Shown piece after piece: positions 53,312-64,000 of a DNA stretch of 64,000 bases; positions within the stretch are counted from its first letter, which is position 1, and every line of letters begins with the position of its first letter. The translations under genes were made by a program, and so were the position numbers. The notes beneath the pieces are model-generated. The model did not search any database. It was not told the origin of the DNA and worked only from the letters and a program-made list of their open reading frames with translations. Source of the DNA: Bugula neritina (taxonomy: Eukaryota; Animalia; Bryozoa); the NCBI GenBank assembly GCA_964035545.1, contig OZ037768.1:19327700-19391699 (forward strand), written 5' to 3'.

Positions 53312-54213
53312 CCCGGAGTTAGGAAGGGACAGTACTTGCGGAAATGTCCTTGATTTCCGCATTCCCAGCAAAAACTGACCGTTTCCCCCTGTGGCGGCGC
53401 CGGTGGCCGTACGGGCTCAGTGGCGGTACCTACTGGGGTTTGGGGTGTCAGTGTTGCTATCAGTTTGGCCAGCATGTCTGTCAGTTGAGTGACTTTCGAT
53501 GCTGTCGCCACTTGAGCCACGGCAGCCGTGGCGGAGGTTTCCTCCTCTCGTCCCGCTGCCGTGTCCGTGCGGTCTACCTCCACTTGACGGGAGCTCCCGC
53601 GACTTTTATGCATTTGACTTGCTAGGAGGTAAGCTTCCCTCTCAGTCAGAGCATCTTCAACGGTGGTGACTCCCCTAGCTAGAAACTGGTGATGGAGACC
53701 CAAATCGTCGACAGATGCTATGAAAGCGTCGAGGGTATACCTCTCGCGGTTGACTGGGGGCAAGTCGCTGTATGCGATCTGTGCCAGCTTCATGACCGCG
53801 GCGGCATGCTCCCGCAGCGGGGTGCGGGGATTACGCCGCAACCTCTGCAATCGGGCCCTGGCATCTGTAGCAGAGAGGCCGAAGCGGGCCCGCAGAGAAG
53901 CAAAGATACTATCGATGTCTACGCCCAGCCCATAAGGCTTGGCTTTGTCCATCAATGCCATTCTAAGCTTCAGCAGGGCCACCCTAGGGGGCCACTGGGC
54001 GACGTCCATTACGTCGCTAAACTCTTGGATGAATTGTTCCACCTCCTCTTCGCCCGTGAAGGTGGGCGCCTTTAACCGGTAGCGGTCTTCAGCTAGTTCT
54101 CGCGGAACCCTTCGCTCTTCTACTACATGGTTAACAGGCATTGTCTCTACAGCATTGTCTCTACGCTCACCTTCTACTGCCGGTGGTTGCGTTCCAGCAT
54201 TTTCAGTCTCCAT
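53260..54213 (-). CDS. gag: Gag of element 3
   Basis: 317 aa with the CCHC knuckle CWECGNQGHFRKYC. Confidence 0.92.
   Translation of the reverse strand: METENAGTQPPAVEGERRDNAVETMPVNHVVEERRVPRELAEDRYRLKAPTFTGEEEVEQFIQEFSDVMDVAQWPPRVALLKLRMALMDKAKPYGLGVDIDSIFASLRARFGLSATDARARLQRLRRNPRTPLREHAAAVMKLAQIAYSDLPPVNRERYTLDAFIASVDDLGLHHQFLARGVTTVEDALTEREAYLLASQMHKSRGSSRQVEVDRTDTAAGREEETSATAAVAQVATASKVTQLTDMLAKLIATLTPQTPVGTATEPVRPPAPPQGETVSFCWECGNQGHFRKYCPFLTPGLNYRGPQMFPPPAGRR
53268..53311 (-). promoter_or_regulatory. Putative -1 ribosomal frameshift signal of element 3
   Basis: G TTA AAC, 6-nt spacer, 9-bp stem GGCCCGCAG/CTGCGGGCC. Confidence 0.78.
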
Positions 54214-57200
54214 CTTGGATGCACTATCCCACTGCTGCCACCACTGTTATATTTTTCAGAATTAGGGTTGATATGCAATCCAGAGAGTCTAATTACTTGT
54301 TATAGAACTGCACCAGGATAAGTCGAGTGAACGAGTATATATTTTAAACACACTGATACATTACAAAAACGATACAAATACATTTGACAATTCACACATC
54401 TAGACTATTCAGCACTCTAACTTCGACTGACTAACAGCGGGAAAACTATTACTGCTACTAACTAATCCGAAGCCGCTAATTGGCTATCCATTGTTCCGGG
54501 TCAATTACACGACCCTATATACTGTGCTGCTGGTAGCTCCACGAGCCACCACAATATCATCATAGGCACTGTATAAGTTGGAGACAAATCATTCACACTC
54601 TAAGTATGTTTCATCTGATAATGGGGACCAATCATCAGAACCTAAAGACAGATTATAGCTGCCCTTTTCAAGTACCTCCAAAGCACGCTTTTTAGATATT
54701 CGGAAAACAGAACTTACTGAGTCACAACCTGTAAGTGCATGGAGTGATAACATATTCTTGAGAACTTTTTGTGGAATTTTTTTAGCCAATTCTGAAAGAG
54801 ATATATATCTTTTGTGACTCCCCATTCCAACAAAGATTACTACATCTTTATTAGCCTGCTCAGGTAAAACATTACTAAGATGATGTTAAGCGCAATAATA
54901 GCAACACCGGTATCTACTGATCTTATTACTACCAAATCGTAATCACTCAGTGCATCAGCTGCGTGAAGGATTAATCTCGTGTCTGCTTCATCATGATTGG
55001 ATTTCAATTTGTTACAATTGTAACGATAATGGTTTTGCAGAACACAGACTTCTTTGATGCTGCACACTAAAAATGTACCAGCTGGAATTTTCTCAATATG
55101 TCTACTCCATGCACCTTCACTATGTAATCTACCAACTCATTTTTGTTGTGAATATTGCTCAGAAAAGCACCCCAGTTTTTAGGAACAGGCACGTTGTTAT
55201 GAATAATGGAAATAGAGCACATCTATTGGGCACCCTGTCTAATACGCTCTTGTGCTTTAATTGATGTTTCAGAATACACGTCAAACACCACATCAACCTT
55301 GTATATCCTTTGCCACATTCAAGAAATATTTCCAGCATCTTCAGAGCATAGTTATAAAAAGTGCCTGATGCTTTTGTCGAGTGAAGTATGCACATATCAT
55401 CAATAATGATCGATTTGTTGGTGGACAGTTGACTATCATCATTGGAGACCCTGTTTCCAAGATATTTCTGTTCCAAAATATGCATTAGTTGCGATTTGCA
55501 TGTTTTTCTCATCTGTCCGTTTTCAGTAAATAGAGCAAGAGGAATGGGACCAATTTCTTTCTCTAGAACTGTTTGAAAATCTACTTCTCGGCTTTTGGCA
55601 CTTGTGAGAAGTTTAGCAAATGATATTTTAGGAACATTTGGTTTAATGGCCGGTTGAAGTGATTGAGCCATAAAGTCAAAGGAAGGGATTTGAAGCCGGT
55701 GAAAAGCAGTATAAAATGCTTTTATTGCATTCAAAAGTCTATCTTGGATAAACTTTTGAGCCGTTTCTGCTCCCTGAGCCATAGCAGTCACTATTGACAA
55801 GGAGGTCTCCGCATCGGGACTTACTCCAGTAGCAATATTAAGAAGTTCAGGTGAATTATTGCTAAACAACTTATCAAACTGCTGTAATGTAAAAAGAATT
55901 GCTTGTATATCAATCTCATCCTTCATAGTTGTAATGATTGTGTCTTCCTTGTGTAGTGTTGATGACTGTGAGGCTATTTGGCAAAAATCCTTTTGCAAAG
56001 AAAGCAGTTGGGCTCTGATATGACTAGTTAAGAACCATTTTGTCCGAGCTTTTTCGTGGTTGCTAATGCCAATAATACCTCCAGATGTTTTACTGTCTCG
56101 GTTCAAAGTTTGCTCCAAGACCTGATCTGGAGCCATACCTGCAATTCTTTTTCCTGTCCTGTTTACGGTGAATGAACCCTTTGCAAACATTCCATAAACT
56201 TCTGGAGCAGATTCAGAGAAATTTAGCATATCAATAAGGTATATAGGCAGCAACCTCGAGTAGTTTGTGCGATCATACGCAAAAAATACTGGTAGCATTG
56301 CCTGCATACTGTCCAAATATAACTGCCAGTTGCCACTACGCTCAGCTCAAATAAATCCCCACATGGCTTCTACTGCAGGAAGGTAGGAATTCCAGAACAG
56401 TGAAAGGTTAGATTTTAATTTAGTATCAGAATCAAACTTTTTTATAGCAGTAGCAACCTTATCTGCGACAGTGGTCCATTCACGTAAGTTATCATCAATA
56501 GAAATATTATGAGAATCTGATCGGTCAAACTGATCATTTTCTTGAAGCCATTCCGAAAGAGATTTTAGTTTCTGCCTTGATATTGCATCATATACAAAAT
56601 CTTGTGTGCCCGTACACCTCTGTTATAATGCTTACCATATAGCACCTGTTTTACTGTAACTTCAGAATATATATCACTGTGCACAAGAACTTGGGCGAGG
56701 CCGCTTGATTTTACCATTTTGCCAAGTGCTGCCATGTAATTCATCAAGATATGAAAACCGCCCATTCGAATTATTGTGTTTGAAAATTCAGTTGGTTTGT
56801 TCTATTGACTCTCTTTGGCAATCTTGTAGATAGTTTAGTCAAATGTAATTAATGAATGTTTCTTTAGCTGCAGAAGGATTGTATAAATTGTTGATGGATC
56901 TGTTGATGGTGCATTAATCATTGGGCAATTTACCCAATGACTGATCTTTTATTATCTTCTGCGGCAACCAAATTTCTTACATTAAAGCTACTCCAGCGGG
57001 GCAGTTATGTGTAGAAGGATTTATATCCAATTGAAATAGTTTGATTGGGGCAAGTCTTGCCAATAGCCATGCTGTATTTAGATTACATGAATCCTCAAGT
57101 GACTTTTTCATATTCAGCAATGTCTCTTGACTAAGTTTTGTGATAAAATATGATTTTGAGAGCAACGCAGATGTGATTTTAACAGCATGTAAATTCAAAA

Positions 57201-59102
57201 AAGCAGGCTGTAAGAGTAAAGCATGCAAATGCTTTGGTTTATGTGAATGTTTCGATTGCAACAATAAAAGTGGCCAGTCTTCTTTTTCAAACAAAGAGCC
57301 TGATTATGATGATGATGGCAACAAACACAGTTCTGATGAAGAATTATGATCTATTTAATTTGGTATATAAACGCTAGAGATAATAAAACTTTGTAATAAA
57401 GCTTGATCTATTGTGAATTAAAATTTAAATACTATCTTATTTATAAATAAATACAATTAAAATGTCTACCAATATCTAATATAAAAGAGCATAGTAATTG
57501 CCTGTGATGGTGAAATCATAATATTACTTTTTTATGAACCATATTTTATATTACTATACTTATGGATAAAAAAAATCGAATATTAGTGGTCTGTTAATTA
57601 TTTCTGACACTCAATTTATACAGTAAATATTTAATATTAATACTTAATAGTATTGATCGTAATCAATTATTCGAAATAAGTCAATAAGCTTATATAAATA
57701 CACTAAGAATAGATTTTTATCATGCTGATGTTGTTCCTATCAACAAAGAGCAATATTATTGGGTAGAAATGCAATAATAATTTATTTGTCATGGTTGGGA
57801 AAAAAGTTATATAGTTCAGAATGTGATGAAAACTAGAGAGCATTATCAGAACACAATAGAGTATTTTCATACCAAAAATCAATATTCTAAATGCTAGAAC
57901 AGAAAAGTAGCAGTTTAGAGAATATCTGGTATATGCAAAAAAGTAGTTTGTCATATTATAGGCTCCGCCCACTTTTTTATTTTTGGTCAAAACTTTTGTT
58001 AGAGAAAGTTTCATATGTGTACAACATTTCTTGAAAATATTTTTAATGTCAAACCTATAAAACTACTCAGAAAATTAAATATTTAGAGTTCCATAGTCCC
58101 CCTTTGAAAAATGCTGAACCCCTGTATATCCACCCCTCTCACGAGTGAACCCTCCAGAGATACAAAAAAGGTACTCGTAGATCTGAGATCAGTAGAATGT
58201 TGGCTTTGCAGTGATATATAGCAGCAAAGGTTAGTATTGATGTGCTCCACCCGCCCATTTGTGCATGTTGGCACCCCCACTATTAGCTGATAAATGTATT
58301 AGATGAAGGTTAAAGTTCCAATTGGTGAAGGGGTGTGTTATATAAACTGTGTTACTATGTTACTAAGTTGGGATATTTCTGTGCTGTTATAAATGTATTG
58401 AGTCATGTCTGTCACTTGTTTATTATAAATATAATACTTGAGATAAAACAGTCTCATGCTACATGTATTATAAATTTAGATTTATGCTTTATGCAGCATG
58501 TGAACTGTGGAATGCATCATATAATTAATACAATACATGTAATTTGAGATAAACATTATCATGTGATAGAATGTAGTCTAGAGTTATATTGGCTATTTCT
58601 CAATACTCAGGGTGGGTCACCTGACAGCCCACTAAGCTATGTTATGCAGCTGTCTCCCTGACACAGTATAGAATACATTATATGGCTGTGTAGAAAATGT
58701 GTAGCTTCCCCCTATTAAAGCTGTCTTTTCATTGTTTTTGAAACTCCACATATGACAGGTTTTAGAAGAGATGAAACATTGAGGCTTATATAACGGGGTA
58801 GATATTTTCTATAATAAAACATTTTTAAACCAGCCCACTACGCTGTGCTATGCACTATGGGTTTAGACTTTAGATGGAGGCAGTGATTAGACAGCTCACA
58901 AGTTACAACGCATGTGATATTATTGTGATTGGTCAACTAATGTTATAATTCAACAAATCAGTGATTAGTCAACAACACGTGACACAATAAACGCATGCTC
59001 CATCGTCTGAGGTCAATTCCGCTTCCATAGTTCCTGCTTTCTACAGCTAGTAGCCTCGTAAAAACTGAAAGCAAAAGTGTTTCTAGATTTCTTCAACTCA
59101 CA

Positions 59103-62100
59103 ATGGCTGACTCTAGAGTTGTAAAAAAAAGAGTAAATGACTCATACAGATGTGGATACTGCAACCAGCAGTTTAACAATTTAGAAGATCCCAGGACCCT
59201 CCCCTGTCTACATGTCTACTGTATGAGGTGTTTAAAGACGGATATCGGCTACAGGAAGACTCATATCAAATGTGCATATTGTGGGTGAGTTACAGTAAGG
59301 GACAGTATTAATATTTTTCTCGGACCCTCATAGTGATTGTATTTATTTTAAATTTGTCATCTGTGTTTATGTAATTTTGATAGTTTATTATTGCTGACGA
59401 TCTCATTATATGTAGCACACTGACTAATACTATACTTTAGAGAAAAATTCTATGACATCACAGATCCCACAACTCTACCTATAGCCAAGTTTGGTGATCC
59501 AATAGAATACAGATCTCCACCATGTGATGTCTGTGAAGATGGAACAGAAGCTGTAGTGTTCTGTGTGAATAGTGAGAAGAAGTTGTGTGAACAGCATCAG
59601 CAGGTGAGTTGTTATGTGTTGACTGTAACCTCTAGTCTGGGACATACTGATGAGTTGTCCTGTAGAATTCTCCTCCATATCTGTAATAATTGTTTGCACT
59701 TCTGTTGTTTACTTGCTGTGATTCATGAGTCAGTTGGATTTTCTCTTGTCAGAAACACGATGAGGCAATGAATACTTACCTGAACACTAGACATCAGTTT
59801 ATCCCAATTGATGTCTACACAGCATCTCCACAACGCTATACTACTACTAACTGTGAACATCATGAACATCATCAGCTGATAGAGGCGTGTTCTGAGTGTC
59901 ACCAGAGATTCTGTATTCGGTGTGACTCTAAGAGTGGATGTGGAAAAGTGGCAGGTGATTTCTTTCTTTCACTTTTCTAACTTTGGCTGTTTATAACATC
60001 AACCAAGTTTGAGAAAGCATATCATAGTTTAAATGATAATAGCATGTGTTCCTGTGTGACCACATGAATAGAACTCAGTCTAAGGTAACCGATACACTGA
60101 ATGTCTTGAGGTAAATACTTGAATATTATTTCAGAGAAAAAAGCAGCTTCTCACAACGTAACATCGTTGAATCATTTATCCCGTGAGCTGAGAGACAAAC
60201 TGACTGAGAAAATGAAGATTCTGTCTGAGAAGATTTCAGAGTTGGATGACATATCAAAGGATGCCTGGAGACAGATGAGTGAAATAGAAGATGAAGTGAA
60301 GAAAATGTTTGCCAGAGTATATGCTACAGTTAATGCAAAGGTTGGCAGACATGTTTGTAGAGAATATAGACAACTAATATGTAGAGTCACAGCATAATGA
60401 TGTCTACTCAGTGGGTGGTCTGTCAGCTGTCACTCTCATGTCGAGTGTAGAGGTTGTGAGGTGCAGATGTGGTTATAATGTGTTACTATTTATTAGATAG
60501 AAGAGATTAGAAAGAGAGGTGAGAAGCTTAAGGATGAATTATCAGAATATCTGAGAAGCAGCACAGAGATGGTGGTTAATTATAGATATGACCTGGCAGT
60601 GAAACATGCTGTTGATAAGTTGTCTCTGGTGGACAGAGTACAACATGCGGTTGATAAATTCAATGATGCAGGCATTGTGAGAGACTACAAAGAGATAAGT
60701 GAGAAGATGGAAAAGGCTTTAGACATCAGCATGATAGAGAAATGTTCTGTTCCTCCCAAACTCCTGGCACCTGAAAGTATGTATAATTATTAAACAGAAC
60801 CCAGAATTCAAAAGTGAGCTGCTAAACTGTGTTATGCTGACTACATGCTGTCAGTATTAACAAAACACCCTCCACCTGTGCAGGTGATGAGATTCTCAAG
60901 TTATATAATTATTATGTTGTTGTTGCAGACAGTAAAGACAGTCTGGGACTGAAGTTGGTGAGAGTTGGTACAGCACCAGCTTCTCTACAGTCTGATGGAT
61001 TTTCTGTACGTGGCTGGTGTGGAACAGTAAACATCTCAGCTAATGGACATCTGATGTGTCGGACACAAGAAGGTGTAGAAGGAATAAATAGACACACTTT
61101 GGATACTATCAGCTTAATGAAGGACACCGACACTACATGGTGGGGGAAGATAATTCAACTTGAAGGGGTGATGGTTGGCAGCTGTTATAACAAGAAAGAG
61201 AAAACAACTGAAGTGACACTTTTTGATCCGAACTCTCTGAAGAAAACCCACTCTCTATATAAACAGTCAGTAGATAAACCAACCTGCTATAGAATAGCTC
61301 AACACCTCTCTTTAGTCTGTATTGTAGACAGGAGAGAGAAACAGCTGGTAGTCTGTAATCTAGTTGACAATAAAATACAGAAGTTCCCAATCGTTGGGAT
61401 GAAGATCCCTCGACCTGTATGTTTCCTCCCAGACTCAACTCTCCTCATAGGAGACTGGAATAAACATAGTAGAGTGAGAAGATATAAAGTGGAGAACACA
61501 ACTCTCACTCTAATGTGGGAATTCCTTCGCATCTCAGAACCAACTGGTATTTCCTTTGATCCAACATCTGAACTGATTCACATTTGTACAAGGAGAGGAC
61601 CTCTCCTTATCCTCTCACTTGAAGGTAAATAATGTGTTTATTACAGTAATTTTAGTTAAATTCAATATATCATGAACAGTAATTAATTTTAATAATTATC
61701 TTGCACTCACAGGCTATATTGTGATTTTGTTAGTAAATAAATAACGTGTCTATTAGTATAATATTATAATGGTAAACAATTCATTTCAACTTGTTAGTAA
61801 TTACTTGGCTCTGAGGCTAATTTACAATAATCAGTATTTCATGGAAGTTTTTTACAGTAATTTTAGAGGTGCTCAGTCTAACAACTGTACACGCTGCCAG
61901 CTACACATGAGTTATGAGTTGTAGTTTGACGTCAGTCTAGTGCTGCTATAGCTATTGTTTTGGTCATCAGATAATTTAAAGATAAATAATTTGATACTTT
62001 TTGACTGCCATTATTGAGACTATTGTAATTTGATGATGGCTAGTAGAGCAGTGTTTGCTGGTAGACTCAGGTGGCTGTGGTTGGTTCTTGTCAAGTATTT

Positions 62101-62635
62101 AATATGTGATAATGTTGGAGTACATCTTATATTATGTAATTATTTATAATTATATTAGCTGAGCACTAAGTTTGTATGTTGAGTTTTTTCTCTCCATGTT
62201 GTCATTTATTATGAAGTAAACAGTAGAGCAGCTCAATGAATTATTCAATACTGACTCGTAGAACTTTATTATCTTCAACATAATCTGCTTAGTTCCATGT
62301 TTAAAGCAAGTCTTTCTGTGTGAGAAATATGTTTGATATTTGTTATAGTGCAGCTGCAGGTATATTATTGGACATATCTCCGTTACTGTATTATACTAGA
62401 AAGTAGAAACTGTATGTAGTTGTGTCAGCTGTTGTGATGTCACTGTAGTCTGTCTGTGTGTCTCAAACTGATACAATCTGGTGTTATTTTATTTACAGGG
62501 AAACTCTTGCAGACATTTCCAAGAGAAAGTCTTGATGTGAGTGATGTTGTGCATGACATTGCTGTGTATAACGGAGACAAGGTGTTTCTAGCATGTGGAG
62601 AGGATGGACTGAGGAGATACACAATAAAATACTAA
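59103..62635 (+). CDS. TRIM-type E3 ligase (RING, two B-boxes, coiled coil, NHL-like beta-propeller), 7 exons
   Basis: Exons 59103-59284, 59441-59603, 59753-59954, 60135-60340, 60497-60776, 60929-61624, 62499-62635 splice in frame. RING CGYC..PRTLPCLHVYCMRC..CAYC; B-boxes CDVC..C..LCEQH and CEHH..CSEC..CIRC; AATAAA near 62667. Confidence 0.88.
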
Positions 62636-63489
62636 ACTTATCAGCTATATTTTACTAATTTACTAAATAAAGTTTATTTATAAAAACATTTTCTGACTAG
62701 TTGTATGAATCAGTCGCATATGTTCCTACTTGTAGTCACAAGAAATTAAAATGCATTAGCGCAGCTGTTATACTTGAGAGGTAAATAAAAGCTGAGCCTC
62801 AGGTTAACCTGCAGGTCTACAAATACTAAGAAATAAACCTCACACACTGAAAGTAATAAATAACTTGAGTGTATATGACAGACATGCAGGTGCAGAGTAA
62901 CTCAAACATAACTGTAGACAACATATTTCTAACATTACATAATCATGTCTCATGTCCAGTTCAGAAATTAGCAATCACATGTTAGCATAAGTGGCACTGA
63001 AGCTTATTTCCTGATCAATAGCAGAATAATTATAATAAATCATTTCTAAATTTAAACTGTTTTGCAGATTAGACTTTGATATCAGGAAGTTTTGTTGAAT
63101 ATGTTTGACTTTGCAATGCATACTTTTTGGATAACTATATTATCCTTAATCATGTTCACATGTCAAGAAGAAAATGCAGATTTCAAGGTCACCAGAGGAA
63201 TAGAGATGAAAGAGAACTCTGAGTGGATGTCTTACAGATTTATTCCAGATAAATAAGAATAAAGTTTCCCAGAAGTTGCATGAAGTATCAAAATATTTTA
63301 TATGCTGAAATGTAAAAAAGGCTACAATGTATCTATATGTTATTATAAAAATTAAAATTGTACTCACTACATTACATTATCTCATACCTCTGTTCTCGCT
63401 GCAGCAATTGTTGTAAGTGTTCCATGTAGTTGAATAGGCTGTGTATCTTCCCACAGTTTGCACTGCTAGCTGCTAGTTGTAAAATATTT

Positions 63490-63584
63490 GTGCCTACTGG
63501 GATTCGAACCACAGACCAATGGCTTGCAAGCTGCAGTGCCAACTGTTACATTACAGGGGCTAGTGGGTAATTTCAACACTACAG
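63490..63584 (-). repeat. tRNA-like repeat module with shared upstream flank
   Basis: Minus strand ..GCTTGCAAGCC..GGTTCGAATCCCAGT. Flank tagtgggtaatttcaacactacag matches 4596-4619. Confidence 0.55.
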
Positions 63585-64000
63585 TCTACAGTCTACAGTC
63601 TACACCAATGCTTTTCTGTGCAATGTCGCAGCTATGAAGATTTTATCTCCTATAGACAATGAGAATGCATTTAGCATTTTCTGCTTTTCTTGGGATAATA
63701 ATTGGTTGAAATTACTAAAATAATTTATTTACCTTCATTAATACAGTTTATGACCTTAACCTTAACCTTTGTACTAAAAAATTAGCACGTAGAGTTCTTC
63801 ATCTCACCATTCAAATGCTTCAAGATGTCTATTTCGGCATGTTTATCAGAAAAACGTCTGCATGCATGCAAGGTGTACCCTCACAACAAACATTAAAGTA
63901 GTTCTCATTCCAATTTAATGTTGGTCACAAGAAATAAACAAAAAGTAGTAACTATAATTTACACATTTTACTCTGCTAATGCAAAGTTTATTAATTTGTT

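Larger units (their letters stand above)
47328..54553 (-). mobile_element. Full-length Ty3/Gypsy element 3 with zinc-finger/coiled-coil ORF3
   Basis: Identical 309-bp TG..CA LTRs 47328-47636 and 54245-54553; TSD ATAT (47324-47327, 54554-54557); PBS TGGTGGCAGCAGTGGGAT; PPT region GGTGGGGGCGG. Confidence 0.97.
46903..57140 (-). pseudogene. Academ transposase / XPG-like nuclease / Cys zinc-finger pseudogene
   Basis: Ordered motifs RMGGFHILMNYMAALGK, GKHYNRGVRAHK, FFAYDRTNYSR, DQVLEQTLNRDSK, NHDEADTRLILHA, HALTGCDSVS, CK..GCKSKACKC..CCGLCECFDC. Many stops and frameshifts; split at 47328-54553. Confidence 0.8.
45969..58282 (-). mobile_element. Academ-type DNA transposon, decayed, interrupted by LTR element 3
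   Basis: TAG...CTA termini; inverted repeats 45969-47130 and 57143-58282; transposase, XPG-like and Cys-rich coding remnants on the minus strand. No perfect TSD (ATA/TTA). Confidence 0.8.

Overview
AT-rich, intron-containing eukaryotic DNA, apparently from an invertebrate (the taxon cannot be fixed from the sequence). Host genes: a cluster of secreted PAN/apple + fibrinogen-domain (FReD) genes (two on +, two on -, plus a dead remnant) and one 7-exon TRIM-type gene (RING, two B-boxes, coiled coil, beta-propeller). Mobile elements: three Ty3/Gypsy LTR retrotransposons with paired LTRs and TSDs, each nested in another mobile element; a decayed Academ DNA transposon whose ends are a ~1.15 kb inverted duplication of its own 3' end; two LINE fragments; tRNA-like repeats; microsatellites. 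The main signal is that all three LTR elements carry an extra non-env ORF in the env position. Element 1 (111-bp identical TG...CG LTRs, gag and pol joined by a UGA-CUAG readthrough context) encodes an SGNH/GDSL hydrolase-like protein. Elements 2 and 3 (different LTRs, shared -1 frameshift signal) encode a conserved C2H2-zinc-finger + coiled-coil protein that stays open even in element 2, which has lost RT, RNase H and the integrase core. Coordinates and alignments were read by eye; family assignments rest on recognised motifs, not database searches.
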